Of a DNA stretch of 61,446 nt, positions 28,292-38,077 are shown piece after piece; within the stretch, counting starts at the first letter, position 1, and each line of letters opens with the position of its first letter. Below the pieces are notes generated by a model that saw only the letters and a list, made by a program, of their open reading frames with translations, made no database searches and was not told where the DNA came from. Location of the stretch: contig CANIRU010000003.1 in NCBI GenBank assembly GCA_947470025.1, positions 1 through 61,446 on the forward strand, given 5' to 3'. The stretch comes from Chloroflexota bacterium (GTDB taxonomy: Bacteria > Chloroflexota > Dehalococcoidia > UBA2979). The translations under genes were made by a program, and so were the position numbers.

Positions 28292-29512
28292 TTAGCCGCG
28301 AGGAAGACCCAACCCCCGCGTGGCGATGATGCCACGCTGAATCTCGGACGTACCGGCAGCAATCGTCGACGAGACGCTGAGGCAGTACGCCTTGGGGAAC
28401 GAGCCGCGCACCGGCGCCTTTTCTTCGTCCCAGACACCGCCCCACAGGCCGAGCGCCTTCACGCCGGTGTTGGCCATCTTCTGCGACAACTCGGAGCCGA
28501 ACAGCTTGTTCACGGACGCCTCGTAGTTCGGGATCAGTCCACGCTCCTGCATCGAGATGATGCGGAACGAGAAGTTGAACTGGACCTCGGACTCAATGTA
28601 GCGGTCGGCGATCGCGGAGCGGATGGATGGGTAGTCCTTCACGCGCGCGTTCTCTTTGCCTGCGCCGTTCACATAGTCCATGAGGCGGCGGATCTGACGA
28701 CGCGCGGAGACGGCGCCCGTGATGTTGGAGCGCTCGTAGTCCAGCAACGTCATGGAGACGTACCAGCCGCGGTTCTCTTCACCTACCCGGTTCGCGACGG
28801 GGACGCGCACGTCCTCGAAGAACGTCTCGTTGAAGTGGTGGACCCACGCCATGTTGACCAGCGGGCGGACCGTGATGCCCGGCGTGCTCTTGTCCATCAT
28901 GATCAGCGAGATGCCGCGGTGCTTCGGCGCCTCGGGGTCGGTGCGGCAGAGGACGTAGAGCCAGTCCGCGAGGTGCCCGCCGGACGTCCAGATCTTCTGG
29001 CCGTTCACCACGTAGAAGTCACCGTCACGCGTGGCACGGGTCTGGAGCGACGCGAGGTCGGAGCCCGCGCCCGGCTCAGAGAAGCCCTGCGCCCAGATGC
29101 GCTCGCCCGCGAGGATCAGCGGGATGTGCTCGGCCTTCTGCTCGGGCGTGCCGTGCACGACCAACGCCGGGCCGAACTGGCTGACGCCCTGGCCGCCCAC
29201 ACGTCGAGGAGCGGCGGCCATCGCCATCTCCTGGTTGTAGATCATCTGCTCGATCGGGCTGAGGCCGGCCCCGCCGTACTCGACGGGCCAGTGCGGGGCG
29301 ATCCAGCCGCGCTCGGAAATCGCCTTCGCCCACTCGGCGGCGGCGGCCTGCGCCTCGGGGTTCGCGGAGCGACGCTCGACCATCCACTCGACGCCATCGC
29401 CCTCGCCCTCGCCGCCGTCGTCGCCGCGATAGCGGGCGGGGAGCTTCTCGGCGATGAGCTGGCGGACGCCTGCGCGGAATTCTGCCTGCGCGGGGCTGTC
29501 GTTCCAATCCAT
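28292..29512 (-). CDS. Acyl-CoA dehydrogenase (catalytic-type), close paralog of 19635..20852
   Basis: WAQGFSEPGAGSDLA, NGQKIWTS, LDYERS and STIAAGTSEIQR motifs. Confidence 0.93.
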   Translation of the reverse strand: MDWNDSPAQAEFRAGVRQLIAEKLPARYRGDDGGEGEGDGVEWMVERRSANPEAQAAAAEWAKAISERGWIAPHWPVEYGGAGLSPIEQMIYNQEMAMAAAPRRVGGQGVSQFGPALVVHGTPEQKAEHIPLILAGERIWAQGFSEPGAGSDLASLQTRATRDGDFYVVNGQKIWTSGGHLADWLYVLCRTDPEAPKHRGISLIMMDKSTPGITVRPLVNMAWVHHFNETFFEDVRVPVANRVGEENRGWYVSMTLLDYERSNITGAVSARRQIRRLMDYVNGAGKENARVKDYPSIRSAIADRYIESEVQFNFSFRIISMQERGLIPNYEASVNKLFGSELSQKMANTGVKALGLWGGVWDEEKAPVRGSFPKAYCLSVSSTIAAGTSEIQRGIIATRGLGLPRG

Positions 29513-29750
29513 GAGGCACCTCAATCGCGAAACGCATGACCGGCGAGACACGGATTTCGCGACGCGGGGACGTCGGGGTGATCGCCGGAAAGGGCTGCTG
29601 CTGACCCGGTAGCCACGGTTCGGCTCCGGTCGAGCGCACGATACCGCATTGGCCCACGGCGAGCATCAAGTATATTTATCGCCCCGCCCGGACATCGGGC
29701 GGTCCCCCGCGGCGCTGCCGCGACCAGCCACGCACCGGGAAGGTCCCTTC

Positions 29751-30551
29751 ATGCAACGCGCCACCGTGGGCAACGTCGAACTGCTCGCCCTCTCCGACAT
29801 GGTCGGCAAGTACGTCGTCGCCGAGAAATACCCCGACGTCGCCGACCAGATGGCCGACTTCCAGGGTCTCTTCGACGACCGTGGCCGGATGGCCATGAAC
29901 TTCGGCTGCTTCCTGGTCCGCGGCGACGGCAAGACCGTCCTCGTCGACACCGGATTCGGCCCCGAGATGAACGGCAAGCTGATCGACCAGCTGGGCGAAG
30001 TCGGCGTGAAGCCCGAGGACGTCGACACCGTTGTCTTCACGCACCTGCACGGCGACCACACCGGCTGGGCGCTCGACCGCGACACCGGGGCACCGCGCTT
30101 CTCGAAGGCGCAGTACCTTGTGCCGAAGAAGGACTGGGACTTCTACAAGGCGGAGGATCCGCAGCGTGCGGGCTTCACCCGCAACATCCTCCCGATCGAG
30201 GGCAACGCGGCATTCGACCTGGTCGACGGCGAGCGCACGGTCACGCCGTCGCTCACCATCCTGCCGACACCCGGCCACACGCCCGGTCACCAGTCGCTGC
30301 TACTGAGCTCCGGCGGCCAGCAGGCGTTCATCATCGGCGACGCATTCATGTCGCCGATGGACCTCGTCCACCCCGAGTGGGTGTCCACGTGGGACTGGGA
30401 CGCCGACATCGTCCGAGGCACGCGCGCGGCCCTCGGCGACCGCATCGCGCAGAGCCAGGCACTTGTCGCGTCGGCGCACCTGCCGAACCCGGGCCTCGGC
30501 CACATCCTCGTCACCGATGGCAAGCGCAGCTGGCAGGCGCTGCCCGAGTAA
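29751..30551 (+). CDS. MBL-fold metallo-hydrolase
   Basis: LVDTG, THLHGDHTG (HxHxDH), PTPGHTPGH and GD motifs. Confidence 0.9.
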   Translation: MQRATVGNVELLALSDMVGKYVVAEKYPDVADQMADFQGLFDDRGRMAMNFGCFLVRGDGKTVLVDTGFGPEMNGKLIDQLGEVGVKPEDVDTVVFTHLHGDHTGWALDRDTGAPRFSKAQYLVPKKDWDFYKAEDPQRAGFTRNILPIEGNAAFDLVDGERTVTPSLTILPTPGHTPGHQSLLLSSGGQQAFIIGDAFMSPMDLVHPEWVSTWDWDADIVRGTRAALGDRIAQSQALVASAHLPNPGLGHILVTDGKRSWQALPE

Positions 30552-30598
30552 CCAGGCCGACTCCAACAGAACCTTCATGTGTATCTAAGGAACGAATC

Positions 30599-31822
30599 AT
30601 GGAACTACGCGACGCCGTCATCTGCAGCCCGCTTCGCACCCCGGTCGGTCGCTTCGGCGGCGTCTTCAAGGACGTCACCGCGCTCGACCTCGCGGCCACC
30701 GTCCTGAAGGCGCTGGTCGAGCGCACCGGCATCGACCCCGCGGTGATCGAGGACTGCATCTTCGGGCAGGGCTACGCGAGCGGTGAGGCACCGGCGATCG
30801 GTCGCGTCGCCATGCTGCAGGCGGGCTTCCCGATCGACGTCCCCGGTCTCCAGCTCGACCGCCGCTGCGGCTCCGGCCTCCAGGCGATCTGCTACGCGAC
30901 GATGATGGTGCAGACCGGGGCGGCCGACGTGGTCGTCGCGGGCGGCGCCGAGAGCATGAGCAACGTCGAGTTCTACAGCACCCAGATGCGCTGGGGGCCG
31001 AACGACGGCAAGATCGAGCTCTTCGACCGCCTGGCGCGCGCGCGCGTCACGGCCGGCAGCGACTGCCACCCCGTGCCGGGCGGCATGATCGAGACCGCCG
31101 AGAACCTCCGACGCCAGTACAGCATCCCTCGTGCCGAGCAGGACGCGTACTCGCTCCGGTCGCACCAGCGCGCCGTCGCCGCGTGGGACGCGGGCAAGTT
31201 CGCCAACGAAACCGTCCCGGTGCGTGTGCCGCAGCGCCGTGGCGAGGACAAGATCGTCGACCGCGACGAGCACCCCCGCGCGGACACGACTCTCGAGGCG
31301 CTCGCGGGCCTGCGCGCGATCTACGGGCGCGACGACCCCGAGTCCACCGTGACGGCTGGTAACTCGAGCGGCCAGAATGACGCCGCCGCCGCATGCATCG
31401 TCACGACGATGGAGAAGGCGAAAGAGCTCGGCCTCACACCGGTCGGCCGCATCCTCGGCTGGTCGGTCGCCGGCGTCGCGCCGGAGACGATGGGCATCGG
31501 CCCGGTCGCGTCGACGAAGAAGGTGTTCGACCGGCTCGGCATGGGCATGAAGGACATGGAAGTCATCGAGCTGAACGAGGCATTCGCCTCGCAGGTGCTC
31601 GCGGTGACGAAGGAGTGGGGCTTCACGGACGCCGACTGGGACCGCACGAACCCGAACGGTTCAGGCATCGCGATCGGTCACCCCATCGCCGCGACCGGCG
31701 CGCGCATCATGGCGACGCTGCTCAACGAGATGGAGCGCCGCGACGCCCAGATCGGCCTCGAGACCATGTGCATCGGCGGCGGTCAGGGCATCTCCGCCGT
31801 CGTGGAGCGCATCAAGGCGTAG
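30599..31822 (+). CDS. Acetyl-CoA C-acyltransferase (thiolase)
   Basis: RTPVG, DRRCGSG (acyl Cys), NEAF, GHP and CIGGGQG motifs. Confidence 0.95.
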   Translation: MELRDAVICSPLRTPVGRFGGVFKDVTALDLAATVLKALVERTGIDPAVIEDCIFGQGYASGEAPAIGRVAMLQAGFPIDVPGLQLDRRCGSGLQAICYATMMVQTGAADVVVAGGAESMSNVEFYSTQMRWGPNDGKIELFDRLARARVTAGSDCHPVPGGMIETAENLRRQYSIPRAEQDAYSLRSHQRAVAAWDAGKFANETVPVRVPQRRGEDKIVDRDEHPRADTTLEALAGLRAIYGRDDPESTVTAGNSSGQNDAAAACIVTTMEKAKELGLTPVGRILGWSVAGVAPETMGIGPVASTKKVFDRLGMGMKDMEVIELNEAFASQVLAVTKEWGFTDADWDRTNPNGSGIAIGHPIAATGARIMATLLNEMERRDAQIGLETMCIGGGQGISAVVERIKA

Positions 31823-31845
31823 CTCGTTTCGCGCTGACGATGAAC

Positions 31846-31873
31846 GACGGGGCGCTCGCGAGGGCGCCCCGTC
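31846..31873 (+). terminator. Hairpin after the thiolase gene
   Basis: gacggggcgc-tcgcgagg-gcgccccgtc. Confidence 0.55.
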
Positions 31874-31907
31874 TCGGTGTTCATCGCAGCGTTCGAGGCG
31901 CGAAGCA

Positions 31908-32151
31908 GGGCGGCCCATCCCCCTGCCCCCTTCCCGGCGCGGAAAGGGGGATGACTGGCGAGGGCGTAGCCCTCGCCCTCCCCCGAGATCGAGGGTGCTT
32001 CGCACCTCGACGCCGGCGAAGGCTCGAATCCCTCGCGCCAACATGGCGCTGCCTGTGAAGTTCCGCCGGGAGTGTGAGGGGCGCAGCTCCTCACACTTGG
32101 TTCTCTTCTTCTGACCCCTCCCGCGCCGGGAGGGGAAGGGGTGGGCCGCCC
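31908..32151 (+). repeat. Composite inverted-REP element, copy A
   Basis: Left unit gggcggcccatccccctgcccccttccc..ggaaaggggg. The right 93 nt (32059-32151) match 56993-57085 at all but one base. Confidence 0.9.
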
Positions 32152-32231
32152 TCGCTGCCATCTCAACGTCACGAGGATCGTGGAGAGGGCCTCGCGGCCC
32201 CCTCACGTCGAGCAACCTCGATCGGTCGTGG

Positions 32232-34832
32232 CTAGATGATGTAGTCGCGGCCGATGTGCTCCTCGCGCTCGAGGCGCGCGTAGTCCTCGTCGGAGTAGCC
32301 GAGCAGTTCCTTGTACACGTACTCGTTGTGCTCACCGAGCAGCGGTGACGGCAAGTCGGCGCGAAGCGGCGTGCCGAGCATCTTCCACTGGTGGCCCGGC
32401 ATCAGGTGCGTGCCGGCCTCCGGGTGCACGGTCTTGATGAAGAAGCCGCGCGCCTGCAGGTGCGGGTCGTCGAAGGCGTCCCGCTCGTTCAAAATGCGGC
32501 CCGCGGGAATACCGACCGCCTGCAGCTTGTGCATCGCGTCGTACGGCGACTGCGTCGAGGTCCACTCGCTGATCAGCTTGTCGATCTCATTGTGGTGCTG
32601 GTAGCGCAGCGCTGCCGATGAGAAGCGCTCGTCGGAGATCCACGACGGATGCCCGAGCGCCTCGCCGAGGGCGACCCATTCGTCGTCAGTGCGCACGGTG
32701 AGGACGACCCAGTTGTCGGTGCCGGTGCACGGATAGCAGCCCTGGATGCCCCCGAAGCGATCGCGGTTGCCGAGCGCCGGGCGGTCCTTGCCATTCCACT
32801 GCACGTCGAGGAAGTACTCGCCCGCCGCCTGCAGCATGTTCTCGGACTGCGAGAAGTCGATGAACTGGCCGAGGCCGGACTGCTCACGCTCGCGGACCGC
32901 GCACAGCACGGCGAACGCCGTGTTGGGGCCAGTCGCCGAGTCCATGTGCGTCGACGCCTGCCCCGCGCCGAGGTCGAAGTCGCGGTACCCGCGCATCGCG
33001 AGGAAGCCCGACCACACGTCGACGACCGACCCCATGCCGGGGATCAACCGGTTCGGGCCGGAGTTGCCGAACAACGGCATGCTGATGTTGATCAGGCGCG
33101 GGTTCACCGCGCGCAACGGCTCGTCCCCGAGCCCCATCCGCTCCATGACACCGAACGCGTAGTTATCGAGCACCACGTCACTGATCGCGGCGAGCTTCTT
33201 GAAGATCTCGACGCCCTCCGGGGTGCGGAGGTTTGCGGTCATCGACTTCTTGTTCCGGCCCATCACGTTGAAGCCGCCGAAGCGGTTCCAGGGGCGCTCC
33301 CCCGGGTCGAACTCGGGGTACGAGTTGTAGAAGGGGTTGGTGAACGCCTCCATCTGCTCGTTGCTCTCCGGCCGGATCACGCCGCCGCGCGTGATCGCCG
33401 GGAAGAACTGGATGGACTCGACGCGGATCACCTCGGCGCCAAGGTCGCTCATGATCATCGCCGCGGACGGACCGGCCCAGACGGCCGTCATGTCGAGGAC
33501 GCGAATCCCCTCCAGCGGCAGGCGCGGCTTGCTCGGCGTGACGCGGGGCAGGCGCGCAGCGGGTGCGTCGACCGGTTTCGCCGAGGGGCCGAGGGTCTTC
33601 GCCTCCTCGCTGCTCGTGACGACGCCCGCGGCAACGAGCTCGCCGAGCTCTTGCGCGCTCATGCCGTAGCGGTCGCAGTACACCTCGCGGTTGTGCTGGC
33701 CAAGGAGCGGCGCGGGCATGCGCTGCTCGTAGCCGCCTCGTTGCAGGCGGAACGGGGGACCCGTGTACTTGTTCGTGCCGGCGACCGGGTGCGTCTCCTC
33801 GACCCAGAACTCGCGCGCCTCGAGGTGCGCGTCGTGGAGGGTGTCGCTGAAGTGGTTGACCGCGTAGATCGGGAACCCGTTGGCCCGCGCGATCTCAGAG
33901 ATCTCGGCACGCGTCTTGGTGAGCGACCAGTTGAGAAAGGCGGCACTCAGCTCGTGCTGGATGTCCGGGTCGTTCCACTTCTCCGCGATCGGCTGGAACT
34001 CCGGAGCGTCGAGCCACTCCGGATGGCCGAGGACTTCGACGAGCTTCGGAAGGTGCGCGGGCGCGAGCGTGGCGTTCACCCAGCCGTCCGCGCAGGGGTG
34101 GAAGCCGCCGCGGATGTTGCCGGTACCGATGCCCGTGAGCTGGCGCGAGAAGATGCGGTGGTTGTACGCGTAGCGCACCAGCTGGACGGCGCGGCGGTCG
34201 GCGCTACCGACCTGCACCTCGATCATCGAGACATCGACGGTCTGGCCGGTGCCGGAGTGACGGGCGCTCTCCACGGCGGCAAGCGCGGCGAGGCCCGCGA
34301 AGCGGCCGGCGTAGTGACCGCGCAGGCCGCCGCCGAACGACAGCGGCTCGCGGTCGCGCACGCCGAACGCCGCCATGCTGTGACCGAACGCGTCGAGGAC
34401 GATCTCCGAGGCGCGGTAGTCCCGGTACGGCCCCGTGAGCCCCCACGGCGTGACGGCCACGACGACGATCGCCGGGTTGATCGCCTTGAGCGCGTCGTAG
34501 TCGAGGCCGAGCTGCTCGAACAGAGCCGGCGAGTAGCTCGAGATCAGCACGTCGGCGTCCGCGATCAGCCGGTCAAGGACAGCCCGCCCGGCAGTCGTGA
34601 ACACGTCCAGTGTGACGCCGAGCTTGTTGCGGTTGAAGTTGAGGAAGAGCGCGCTCTCCTCCGGGTTCGGCACGTCGTTGCGGAACGGGCCGGCGTTTCG
34701 CGCGGAGTCACCGGATGGCGGCTCGACCTTGATGACCTCCGCGCCGAAGTCCCCGAGCATCTTCGCGGCCACAGGCCCGGCGATGCCCTCGCTCAGATCA
34801 AGGACGCGCATACCGCTCAAGACCTGTGCCAT
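32232..34832 (-). CDS. Fused double class III CoA-transferase (two CaiB/BaiF domains)
   Basis: Two copies of the L.G.RVLD...GAEVI.VE / N..K....L / P.LG.HN pattern in one 866-aa ORF. Confidence 0.92.
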   Translation of the reverse strand: MAQVLSGMRVLDLSEGIAGPVAAKMLGDFGAEVIKVEPPSGDSARNAGPFRNDVPNPEESALFLNFNRNKLGVTLDVFTTAGRAVLDRLIADADVLISSYSPALFEQLGLDYDALKAINPAIVVVAVTPWGLTGPYRDYRASEIVLDAFGHSMAAFGVRDREPLSFGGGLRGHYAGRFAGLAALAAVESARHSGTGQTVDVSMIEVQVGSADRRAVQLVRYAYNHRIFSRQLTGIGTGNIRGGFHPCADGWVNATLAPAHLPKLVEVLGHPEWLDAPEFQPIAEKWNDPDIQHELSAAFLNWSLTKTRAEISEIARANGFPIYAVNHFSDTLHDAHLEAREFWVEETHPVAGTNKYTGPPFRLQRGGYEQRMPAPLLGQHNREVYCDRYGMSAQELGELVAAGVVTSSEEAKTLGPSAKPVDAPAARLPRVTPSKPRLPLEGIRVLDMTAVWAGPSAAMIMSDLGAEVIRVESIQFFPAITRGGVIRPESNEQMEAFTNPFYNSYPEFDPGERPWNRFGGFNVMGRNKKSMTANLRTPEGVEIFKKLAAISDVVLDNYAFGVMERMGLGDEPLRAVNPRLINISMPLFGNSGPNRLIPGMGSVVDVWSGFLAMRGYRDFDLGAGQASTHMDSATGPNTAFAVLCAVREREQSGLGQFIDFSQSENMLQAAGEYFLDVQWNGKDRPALGNRDRFGGIQGCYPCTGTDNWVVLTVRTDDEWVALGEALGHPSWISDERFSSAALRYQHHNEIDKLISEWTSTQSPYDAMHKLQAVGIPAGRILNERDAFDDPHLQARGFFIKTVHPEAGTHLMPGHQWKMLGTPLRADLPSPLLGEHNEYVYKELLGYSDEDYARLEREEHIGRDYII

Positions 34833-34865
34833 CAGAACTCCCGCCCAACACGCGCGATCCGTGAG

Positions 34866-35915
34866 CTACTTGTTGAAGCCCTTGAACGCGCGGATGAACT
34901 TCAGGACGTTCTCGTACTCGAACGTCTGCCCCTCCTCCGCGGAGTGCGAACTGTCGTGCATCGGGTAGAAGTCGAGGTAGTCAGAGATGCCGGCGTAGCG
35001 CTTCGTCGCCTTCGCCTTCACCTCGTCGGCGGTGCCCAGCAGACAGACCTCGTCGACCATGTCGTCCGTGATCGCGTTCTCGAGGGCGACCCAGTCGAAC
35101 TTCGCGGGGTTGCGCCCGGCAGCCTCGGACACGGCCCACACGTTCTCGCGCTGCTTCGACCAGCCGTTCATGTCCATGAACGTGCCGTACGCGTGCGTGG
35201 TGAAGTAGTTGCCCAGGTTGCGCTTGGCGGCGCTCATCAGGATCGGGCGCTCCGCCTCGTCCTCGACGATCAGGGTCATCGGCATCGCGACCATGACGAA
35301 GTCGGCGCGCGTCTTGCCCGCCTGCTCGAGGCCCTTGTCGATCTCCGGCCAGACCACGTCTTCGTAGTACTTCTTCGTGAAGATGGGGTGCGCGAGGAAC
35401 CCATCCGTGTAGCGGCCGGCGACGCGCAGGTTCAACGGGCCGACGCCGCTGTAGTAGACCGGGGGCGGCGTGACCGCCACGCCGCGCATGCGGCGGCCGG
35501 GGCCGTGGCGGTGCTGGAATTCGCCGTCGTACTCGAAGGGCTGACCGGAGAGGATGCCCTTCGTGACCTCGACCACCTCGCGCGACATCTTGGAGATCTT
35601 CGGCGGGTCGATGCCGAGCTCCAAGCGGATCTGGCCCTTCGTCTGCGACCCGAAGCCGAGGACGAAGCGCCCGCCGGAGGTCTCCTGCAGGTACTTCGAC
35701 ATCGACGCGTGGAACGACGGCGACGCGAGGAGCGCCGGGGTGATCGAGGTGCCAACGGTGATCGTCGACGTCGCGTTGAGCAGCGTGCAGGCCTTGAGGT
35801 AGTTGTCGCCGCCGCCGGCGAGCCAGAGACCGTCGAAGCCTGCGGCCTCCGCCTTGAGCGCGAGGTCGACGGCGCGCTGGTCACGCGACTGGATGACCTG
35901 GATACCGATCTTCAT
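34866..35915 (-). CDS. LLM-class flavin/F420-dependent oxidoreductase
   Basis: AEAAGFDGLWL, SGGRFVLGFGSQ, GVGPLNLRVAGRYTDGFLAHP motifs. Confidence 0.88.
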   Translation of the reverse strand: MKIGIQVIQSRDQRAVDLALKAEAAGFDGLWLAGGGDNYLKACTLLNATSTITVGTSITPALLASPSFHASMSKYLQETSGGRFVLGFGSQTKGQIRLELGIDPPKISKMSREVVEVTKGILSGQPFEYDGEFQHRHGPGRRMRGVAVTPPPVYYSGVGPLNLRVAGRYTDGFLAHPIFTKKYYEDVVWPEIDKGLEQAGKTRADFVMVAMPMTLIVEDEAERPILMSAAKRNLGNYFTTHAYGTFMDMNGWSKQRENVWAVSEAAGRNPAKFDWVALENAITDDMVDEVCLLGTADEVKAKATKRYAGISDYLDFYPMHDSSHSAEEGQTFEYENVLKFIRAFKGFNK

Positions 35916-36233
35916 CTGAATTCCTGTCCGACTGAGGGCGTAGGACGCCTTACTCGAGGATGCGAGTCGCGCTGACGCGTTCCGCTCGACTTCATAAGAT
36001 TAGTGATTCGCGGACCGTCGAACACCCGCATTCCGCCGATAGGCGGCAGCGGCTCGGTTCTTGCGCTCGATTCGATCGGTCGCCACACTCGCCTGAAGCG
36101 GGGCTAATGTAGCCTCGGCTGCTGGCCCCCGCAAGCCGATCCGCGGCCTCCGCGACGACTCCCGGCTGCCACTCACTACGTATGCGGCGTCCCGGCTCGT
36201 CCTTGGACGGCGCCAACCTGACTGGAGCACGAC

Positions 36234-37193
36234 ATGCCAGGGCCTGATGGACTGCCCCTGTTCGAAGAGCTGCCCGAGTTCCCCGAGGGCGGCGAACGCT
36301 ACGCCTGGGACGTGTTCGGGGCTGACAACGACCTCGGAACGGTCAACTTCCTCACCCCCGAGCGGGTGAAGCACGCCGCCTCGCTGGTGAAGCGCGGCGT
36401 CAGCATCAACCTCGACCTGCCCCTCGACCTGCCGCGGCGGGCGAAGGTCGCCGAGGGGGAGCGCGGGCGCGGCCCGTACGAGCACGTGGTGTTCGTGAAC
36501 CGCGGCGGCGGCGATGACCGCGTCGACAACTTCTACCTGCAGGGCTCCAGCCAGTGGGACAGCCTGCGCCACGTGCGCTACCGCGCCCACGGCTACTTCC
36601 ATGGCCTCCAGGACGAGGACCTCGCGAACAGCGACCGCCTCGGCATCCACCACCTGTCGCAGCGCGGCGGCATCTCCGGGCGCGGCGTGCTCATCGACAT
36701 CCCGCGCTTCGTCGGCCCCTCGTTCAAGCACACGGATCGCGTCGCCGTCGACGGCCCGATGCTCGAGGAGATCGCGAAGAAGCAGGGCGTCGAGATCCGC
36801 GAGGGCGACATCCTCGTCTTCCGCACGGGCTGGATGACGAACTACCTGTCGCTCAGCGTCGAGGATCAGGAAAAGCCGGAGGCGATGGACGGCTTCGTGC
36901 CGTCGTCCGGCCTCAGCGGCACGCAGGAGACGATGGCGTGGCTCTGGGACCACCGCATCGCGGCCGTCGCCGGCGACAACATCCCCTGCGAGGCCACGCC
37001 GGTCGTCGATGGCTCCTACCAGCACCGCCGCCTGCTCGCGATGTTCGGCATGCCGATCGGCGAGCTGTGGTCGCTGGACGCGCTGGCGGATGACTGCGCG
37101 CGTGACGGCGTCTACGAGTTCTTCCTCGTCACGAAGCCGCTCAACCTCCCGAACGGGGTCGGTTCGCCCTCGAACGCGACTGCGTTCAAGTAG
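36234..37193 (+). CDS. Cyclase-family metal-dependent hydrolase (kynurenine formamidase-like)
   Basis: GTVNFLTP, QGSSQWDSLRH, GRGVLID, GDILVFRTG and AGDN motifs. Confidence 0.88.
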   Translation: MPGPDGLPLFEELPEFPEGGERYAWDVFGADNDLGTVNFLTPERVKHAASLVKRGVSINLDLPLDLPRRAKVAEGERGRGPYEHVVFVNRGGGDDRVDNFYLQGSSQWDSLRHVRYRAHGYFHGLQDEDLANSDRLGIHHLSQRGGISGRGVLIDIPRFVGPSFKHTDRVAVDGPMLEEIAKKQGVEIREGDILVFRTGWMTNYLSLSVEDQEKPEAMDGFVPSSGLSGTQETMAWLWDHRIAAVAGDNIPCEATPVVDGSYQHRRLLAMFGMPIGELWSLDALADDCARDGVYEFFLVTKPLNLPNGVGSPSNATAFK

Positions 37194-37213
37194 CGACGAG
37201 CGCGCGCAGATCG

Positions 37214-37245
37214 AAGAACCCCGGACAGCGCTGTCCGGGGTTCTT
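37214..37245. terminator. Perfect 32-nt palindrome acting as a likely terminator
   Basis: aagaaccccggacagc|gctgtccggggttctt followed by gcttgtt, between convergent genes. Confidence 0.75.
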
Positions 37246-37370
37246 GCTTGTTCGGCCATCGGAGAGAGTGCCGACGGGGACCGATTGCAAAGGACTCTAG
37301 AAAGCCCCCGGCCCCCGGCGACCGATCAACCATAGCCCAGTCGAAGCGCTAGGCGCAGCAACGGAGGCGG

Positions 37371-38036
37371 CTAGTACCTCGAAACGTCCATCTCGGGGAG
37401 CATCCCGGTCACGGTGAACACGACCCGCTCCGCGATGTTCGTCGCGCGGTCGGCGATGCGCTCGAGGTTGTGCGCGATCCAGAGCAGGTGCGTGCAGGGC
37501 TCGATCGTCGCACCGTCGGTGGTCATGATCGCGATCAGGTCGCGGTACACGCGCTCGTACAGCGCATCCACGCTGTCGTCGGCGCGCCCCACGAGGTACG
37601 CAGACTCGACATCGCGATCGACGAACGCGTCGAGCGCGTCACGCAGCATCTGCCGCGCCTGAATTGCCATCTCGGGGAGGTCGACCAGCGGCTTCACCAG
37701 CGGCTCGTCCCGCGTCAGCAACACGATCTGCGCGATGCCCTCCGCATGATCGCCCATGCGCTCGAGGTCGGACACCATCGCGAGGACCGCGACGATCAGG
37801 CGCAGGTCGCTCGCCATCGGCGCCTGCTGCGCGAGCAGCGACACGCACATGTTGTCCAGGTGAAAGCGGGTGCGGTTCACCTCGCCGTCATCGCGGATCA
37901 CCGCGTCGGCGAGCGGCAGGTCGCGGTCGATCAGCGCCTGCATCGCCCGATCCAGCTGGCGGTCGACCATCGACCCCATCTCGAGAACGCCGTCTTCGAC
38001 GTCGCGGAGGCCGCGCTGGAACTGCTCACGTGGCAT
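37371..38036 (-). CDS. phoU: Phosphate signalling complex protein PhoU
   Basis: QAPMASDLR, DLERMGDHA and LERIADRATNIAE; directly downstream of pstB. Confidence 0.95.
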   Translation of the reverse strand: MPREQFQRGLRDVEDGVLEMGSMVDRQLDRAMQALIDRDLPLADAVIRDDGEVNRTRFHLDNMCVSLLAQQAPMASDLRLIVAVLAMVSDLERMGDHAEGIAQIVLLTRDEPLVKPLVDLPEMAIQARQMLRDALDAFVDRDVESAYLVGRADDSVDALYERVYRDLIAIMTTDGATIEPCTHLLWIAHNLERIADRATNIAERVVFTVTGMLPEMDVSRY

Positions 38037-38077
38037 GTCGCCTCGATTGGTGGGTGCGCCTCGCTTCGGCTCGTCGC

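Noticed and set aside
32649-35975. 1108-aa plus-strand ORF and many other long overlapping ORFs (e.g. 16860..18662, 22093..24585, 47347..49719)
   Set aside because: Antisense or off-frame shadows of well-supported genes, expected in high-GC DNA; they are Arg/Ala/Gly-rich with no recognisable motifs.
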